Below are positions 61,867 to 64,000 of a DNA stretch of 64,000 nucleotides, piece by piece. The stretch is from Roseiarcus sp. (GTDB lineage: Bacteria > Pseudomonadota > Alphaproteobacteria > Rhizobiales > Beijerinckiaceae), in contig DASXES010000053.1 of NCBI GenBank assembly GCA_036489975.1, positions 21,506 to 85,505 of the forward strand, read 5' to 3'. The notes under the pieces are model-generated. The model had not been told where the DNA came from. It was given only the letters and a program-made list of their open reading frames with translations, and did no database searches. The translations under genes were made by a program, and so were the position numbers. The first letter of the stretch is position 1. Each line of letters starts with the position of its first letter.

Positions 61867-61881
61867 GTTCCGTATTTGTTC
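61867..61881 (-). promoter_or_regulatory. Alphaproteobacterial LexA (SOS) box upstream of the GH19 lysin
   Basis: The + strand reads GTTC-cgtattt-GTTC (GAAC-N7-GAAC on the lysin sense strand), in an AT-rich promoter region. Confidence 0.85.
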
Positions 61882-61982
61882 TAATCAGCGTTAACCGTGG
61901 ATCTCGGCGCCGGGAGTGGCTAAGGCTGCGGCTGATTGGCTCGCCTTCGCCGGATGCGAGGCCGGGATTAGGGAGGCGCCCC

Positions 61983-62474
61983 ATGGTGCGGCTGAACGAA
62001 GTGCGGAGGAACGAGGTCGCGGTCGCGGCGCCGGCGGCTTTCGACGCCGGCATCGTGTTCATCGGAATCATCCGCACGCCCTGGACGTCGCGGCTCGAAT
62101 GCCCCCGGCAGGGCCGCGCCGACGGGCCGATCTGCCGCGTCGAAGTCGCCGACCCCTGGGTTCAGGCGCTCGACGGGATCGAGGCGTATGAGAGGATCGA
62201 GGTCCTCTACTGGCTGCACGAGTCGCGCCGCGATCTCGTGCGGCAAAGCCCGGCCAATGACGGGGCGACGCGGGGCACGTTTGCGCTGCGCTCCCCGGTG
62301 CGCCCGAACCCGATCGGCACGGCGCTCGCGACGCTGGTCAGGCGCGAAGGTGCCGCGCTGCGGGTCAGGGGGCTTGACTGTCTCGACGGCACGCCGTTGG
62401 TCGATCTCAAGCCCGACCGCTGCCAGTTCACGCCCCTTGCTCCGCCGCAAGCGGGGGATTTCGAGGCGGGGTGA
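61983..62474 (+). CDS. tsaA: tRNA m6t6A37 methyltransferase TrmO/TsaA family
   Basis: [23 protein letters not shown] and [15 protein letters not shown] motifs. Confidence 0.9.
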   Translation: MVRLNEVRRNEVAVAAPAAFDAGIVFIGIIRTPWTSRLECPRQGRADGPICRVEVADPWVQALDGIEAYERIEVLYWLHESRRDLVRQSPANDGATRGTFALRSPVRPNPIGTALATLVRREGAALRVRGLDCLDGTPLVDLKPDRCQFTPLAPPQAGDFEAG

Positions 62475-62951
62475 AGCGGCGCCGCTCTCCCCGTCAGGGA
62501 GCCGGAAAGGCCCGGTTTGCGAGTCCATTTCGAGCGATTTCAGAGACTTGCGACCCAGTTAGCGAGTCGCTTCGGCGTCCGCTTGGGCCTGCGGCGCAAG
62601 GCGCGCCGGGTCGGGACGAAGGCGGGAGCCCGGCCAACGAAACGGCAGGGTTTCGCGTCGATCTCAAGCCATTGAGATGATTGGGGGAGACGAAATCAGC
62701 CGTTTCGCGGTATCGTTTGTTTTCAAAGGCTAGGAGAGCATTGGTTTCGCCGTTTTCGCGGATCGCGTGATTTCAGCGGCTTGGCTCGTCCCTCCGTTTC
62801 GGCAGTGGCAGTTTTCGCGCCATTGGCCGGCGGCGCCCGCGCGCACGCTCATTGGAGAACTTCTGAAAAACAGTATTAAACCTGATGGGCGCGATGGCAA
62901 GGAAAAGTCGATTCTGGGCGGGGCTCGTCGAGCTGGCGCCGCCTTCGCCCT

Positions 62952-62969
62952 CTGGAGCGCCTTCGAGAC
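62952..62969. repeat. Partial copy of the palindromic repeat found in ccmH
   Basis: ctggagcg-ccttcgagac versus ctggagcgtccttcgagac at 22478-22496. Confidence 0.55.
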
Positions 62970-63083
62970 TTAGCCTTCGGCGGCCCTTGAGGCGCGAGGG
63001 CGGGTATGGAAACGGGTCGTTAACGATTGAGGATCGTGCCCTGACCTTCGCCTTGACTCTCGCCTTCCTTCGGTCCAAAACAA

Positions 63084-63098
63084 GAACATAATGCGAAC
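63084..63098 (+). promoter_or_regulatory. LexA (SOS) box upstream of imuA
   Basis: GAAC-ataatgc-GAAC, 18 nt before the imuA ATG. Confidence 0.9.
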
Positions 63099-63116
63099 TT
63101 ACAGGACGCGGACCGA

Positions 63117-64000
63117 ATGTCGCCAGGCGGCAGAGCGGAGGGGATGGCGCGTCTCAGGCGCGTCATCGCCGAGATCGAGGCGGAAGCCGGCCCGGCGGGC
63201 GGCCCCCCGGGCGACCGGCCCGCGCGGCGCCTGCCGCTCGCGCGCGCTTTTGATTCCGCGCTGAGCGGCGGGCTCGCCGGCGACGCCCTGCATGAGATTG
63301 TCCCGGCCAAGCCTCAGGACGGGGCGGCGGCGATGGGCTTTGCGCTGGCGCTCGCCGCGCGGTTCTTGAGCCGGCGGCCGGCCTCGGCCCTCATCGTCAG
63401 CGAAGGCTTCGCCGATCAGGAGTCGGGCGCACTCCATGGGCCGGGCCTGGCCGCGCACGGGCTTGTCCTAAGCCGCCTCGTGTTCGTGCGCGCCCCCGAC
63501 GCGGCCATGGCCTTCTGGGCGATCGAGGAGGCGCTTAAATACGGCGCGCCGGCCGCGGTCGTGGGCGAGATCTGGAATCTCAAGGGCTACAGCCTCGCCG
63601 CCTCGCGCCGCCTTCTGCTCGCGGCGCGGAAGGGCAGGGTCCCCGCGCTCCTCGTCCTCGCCAGCGCCTATGGCCAGGCCGGGCGCCTCTCGAGCGCCGC
63701 CGAGACGCGGTTCGAGATCGCCGCCGCGCCGAGCGCGCGAATTCCGGCCGCCGCCGGCCCCGACCTGCCCGGGCCCTTCGCCTGCGGGGCGCGGCTCGTC
63801 AAGGCGCGGCTCGCGCGGGCGGGGCCTTTTCAGGCTTTCGATGCGGATCGCGTTATTCGTCTCGAATGGCGAAGCCAGGACCTGACCTTCAAGGACCTGA
63901 CCCTCCAGGATCTGGCCCTCAAGACCACGACTTTCAGGGATGCGGCCTTTGACGACCCGGCGATTTCTCTCCCTCTGGCTGCCGCGTCTGGCGACCGACC
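63117..64000 (+). CDS. imuA: ImuA mutasome protein (runs to the window edge; missing from the ORF track)
   Basis: My translation gives FDSALSGGLAGDALHEI, GPGLAAHGL..RLVFV, WAIEEALK, AVVGEI, AASRRLLLAA and SAAETRFEI. SOS box upstream. Confidence 0.88.
   Translation, partial: MSPGGRAEGMARLRRVIAEIEAEAGPAGGPPGDRPARRLPLARAFDSALSGGLAGDALHEIVPAKPQDGAAAMGFALALAARFLSRRPASALIVSEGFADQESGALHGPGLAAHGLVLSRLVFVRAPDAAMAFWAIEEALKYGAPAAVVGEIWNLKGYSLAASRRLLLAARKGRVPALLVLASAYGQAGRLSSAAETRFEIAAAPSARIPAAAGPDLPGPFACGARLVKARLARAGPFQAFDADRVIRLEWRSQDLTFKDLTLQDLALKTTTFRDAAFDDPAISLPLAAASGDR

Overview
This is a GC-rich alphaproteobacterial chromosomal segment (Hyphomicrobiales/Rhizobiales-like; the taxon is inferred from gene content and LexA-box type). 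It has no CRISPR array, rRNA, intact prophage or intact IS. In order, it holds: the 3' end of a Wzy-type EPS export operon (OM barrel, Wza/EpsE, EpsF, EpsG); cysG-mrp-DUF971; a sugar ABC transporter; an FGE/arylsulfatase cluster; the complete selenocysteine machinery (selA, selB, selC/tRNA-Sec, selD); ccmIEFH; a bgsBA/crdS-like HlyD + GT2-PilZ glucan synthase pair; isovaleryl-CoA dehydrogenase; two secreted Gly/Arg/Tyr-repeat paralogs flanking a sulP remnant; GH15, DacB, a beta-propeller, two SDRs plus an XRE regulator; a Liv-type ABC system; a phd-vapC TA pair; an atypical pyk; a low-GC purD; YoaK, dodecin, GST and phaZ; aroC; a Tat metallophosphoesterase; a 6-Cys micro-peptide; an orphan GH19 lysin; trmO; and a partial imuA. 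The most notable signals read directly from the sequence are five. (1) A perfect LexA box sits upstream of a stand-alone phage-type lysin. (2) selB translates straight through the whole tRNA-Sec gene. (3) A 118-bp palindromic repeat sits in frame in the predicted ccmH N-terminus. (4) Two back-to-back sigma54 promoters lie between gst and phaZ. (5) A 53-bp duplication of the phaZ 3' end brackets a frameshifted lipoprotein gene. All product calls come from motif recognition only; no database searches were run.
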